Below, in pieces: positions 63,510-64,000 of a stretch of 64,000 nucleotides of DNA. Made by a program: the position numbers and the translations under genes. Every line of letters starts with the position of its first letter. The first letter of the stretch is position 1. Below the pieces are notes generated by a model. That model worked only from the letters and a program-made list of their open reading frames with translations, was not told the DNA's origin and ran no database searches. Source of the DNA: a bacterium (GTDB lineage Bacteria; UBA6262; WVXT01); NCBI GenBank assembly GCA_046759165.1, contig JBHIBS010000001.1:4002-68001 (forward strand). Reading direction: 5' to 3'.

Positions 63510-64000
63510 CTACTCGACCAATTCTAATCTTGGATTGGGACTATATTGACGCCCTACCTTGGCACAAAGCTTACCCTCTACCGTCACCACATCAGCAGTG
63601 AAGTCTATCTTCTCTCTAAAAAGGGCAGAACCTACTCCTACTGCATCAAATGGCACACCAAGCTTGACGAAATGCCTTATTCTTTCTTCATCAAATCCGC
63701 TGGAAATAACGATCTTCACGTTACCAAACCCTGCCTCATCAAAGCATTTCCTCGCCTTCCAGCAGAGTTCAGGGGAAACACCATAAGAATTCTTCCCTCT
63801 GTCCTTAACCGACTTATCTCGGATGTCGCTGGCTGTGTCGAACCTTACTCCCCACAGCCTCTTGCCAAGAACTTTAGCAACTTCTAAAGAAGTCCTTATG
63901 CAATCGTTTTCGAAATCTACCAGAACTATCCTGGGAACATCTTTAGCCATATACTTATCAAATGTTTTTGCTGCTGTAACAGTATCTCCTCCATAGGTAG
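63510..64000 (-). CDS. Nicotinate phosphoribosyltransferase-family protein, C-terminal part (N-terminus lies beyond the window end)
   Basis: The frame stays open to the window edge. The C-terminal region (GVRFDTASD..., AVGVGSAL) resembles archaeal-type NAPRTase. Assignment is tentative. Confidence 0.4.
   Translation of the reverse strand, partial: TYGGDTVTAAKTFDKYMAKDVPRIVLVDFENDCIRTSLEVAKVLGKRLWGVRFDTASDIRDKSVKDRGKNSYGVSPELCWKARKCFDEAGFGNVKIVISSGFDEERIRHFVKLGVPFDAVGVGSALFREKIDFTADVVTVEGKLCAKVGRQYSPNPRLELVE

Overview
This 64 kb window is low-GC (about 42%) and every recognisable gene is on the minus strand; the taxon is unplaced. The gene order resembles Firmicutes, but a beta-barrel outer-membrane protein and lspA suggest a diderm envelope.

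From low to high coordinates:
- ruvB-ruvA-ruvC-yebC, then a sugar-phosphate isomerase, an EF-G paralog with a degenerate GTPase motif, and an outer-membrane beta-barrel protein.
- A complete rRNA operon (16S, tRNA-Ile, tRNA-Ala, 23S, 5S) with tandem near-consensus promoters.
- rho, a membrane-anchored hypothetical and a TPR/PD40 beta-propeller protein.
- The rpsP-KH-rimM-trmD-rplS-yraN ribosomal cluster.
- An rpe-PASTA-rsmB-fmt-priA-udg-coaBC-rpoZ-gmk-remA block with Firmicutes-like order.
- rluD-lspA-ileS-mtnA-yggT-proC-yggS.
- A complete division/cell-wall (dcw) cluster, mraZ-rsmH-ftsL-ftsI-murE-murF-mraY-murD-ftsW-murG-murC-[acyltransferase-DUF362-histidine kinase]-murB-ddl-ftsQ-ftsA-ftsZ-[pilT]-pgeF.
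- At the end, an 84-aa hypothetical and a truncated nicotinate phosphoribosyltransferase-like gene.

No CRISPR array, integrase, transposase or classical defence genes were seen.

The least conventional content is in and around the dcw cluster:
- An orphan GAF histidine kinase, a DUF362 protein and an acyltransferase are inserted, translationally coupled, between murC and murB.
- pilT is inserted between ftsZ and pgeF.
- A small family of MITE-like palindromic repeat elements sits in dcw intergenic spacers that are normally absent. One copy is flanked by a 25-bp duplication of the murF 3' end and has 8-bp terminal inverted repeats.
- A 59-aa excisionase-family HTH gene is missing from the ORF track. 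It has its own promoter, a tandem 10-bp repeat and a 560-bp non-coding tract.
- A roughly 350-bp structured non-coding region lies upstream of a perfect-consensus mraZ promoter carrying three 10-bp-phased MraZ-box repeats.

All calls rest on reading the sequence and ORF translations by eye; no database search was run.
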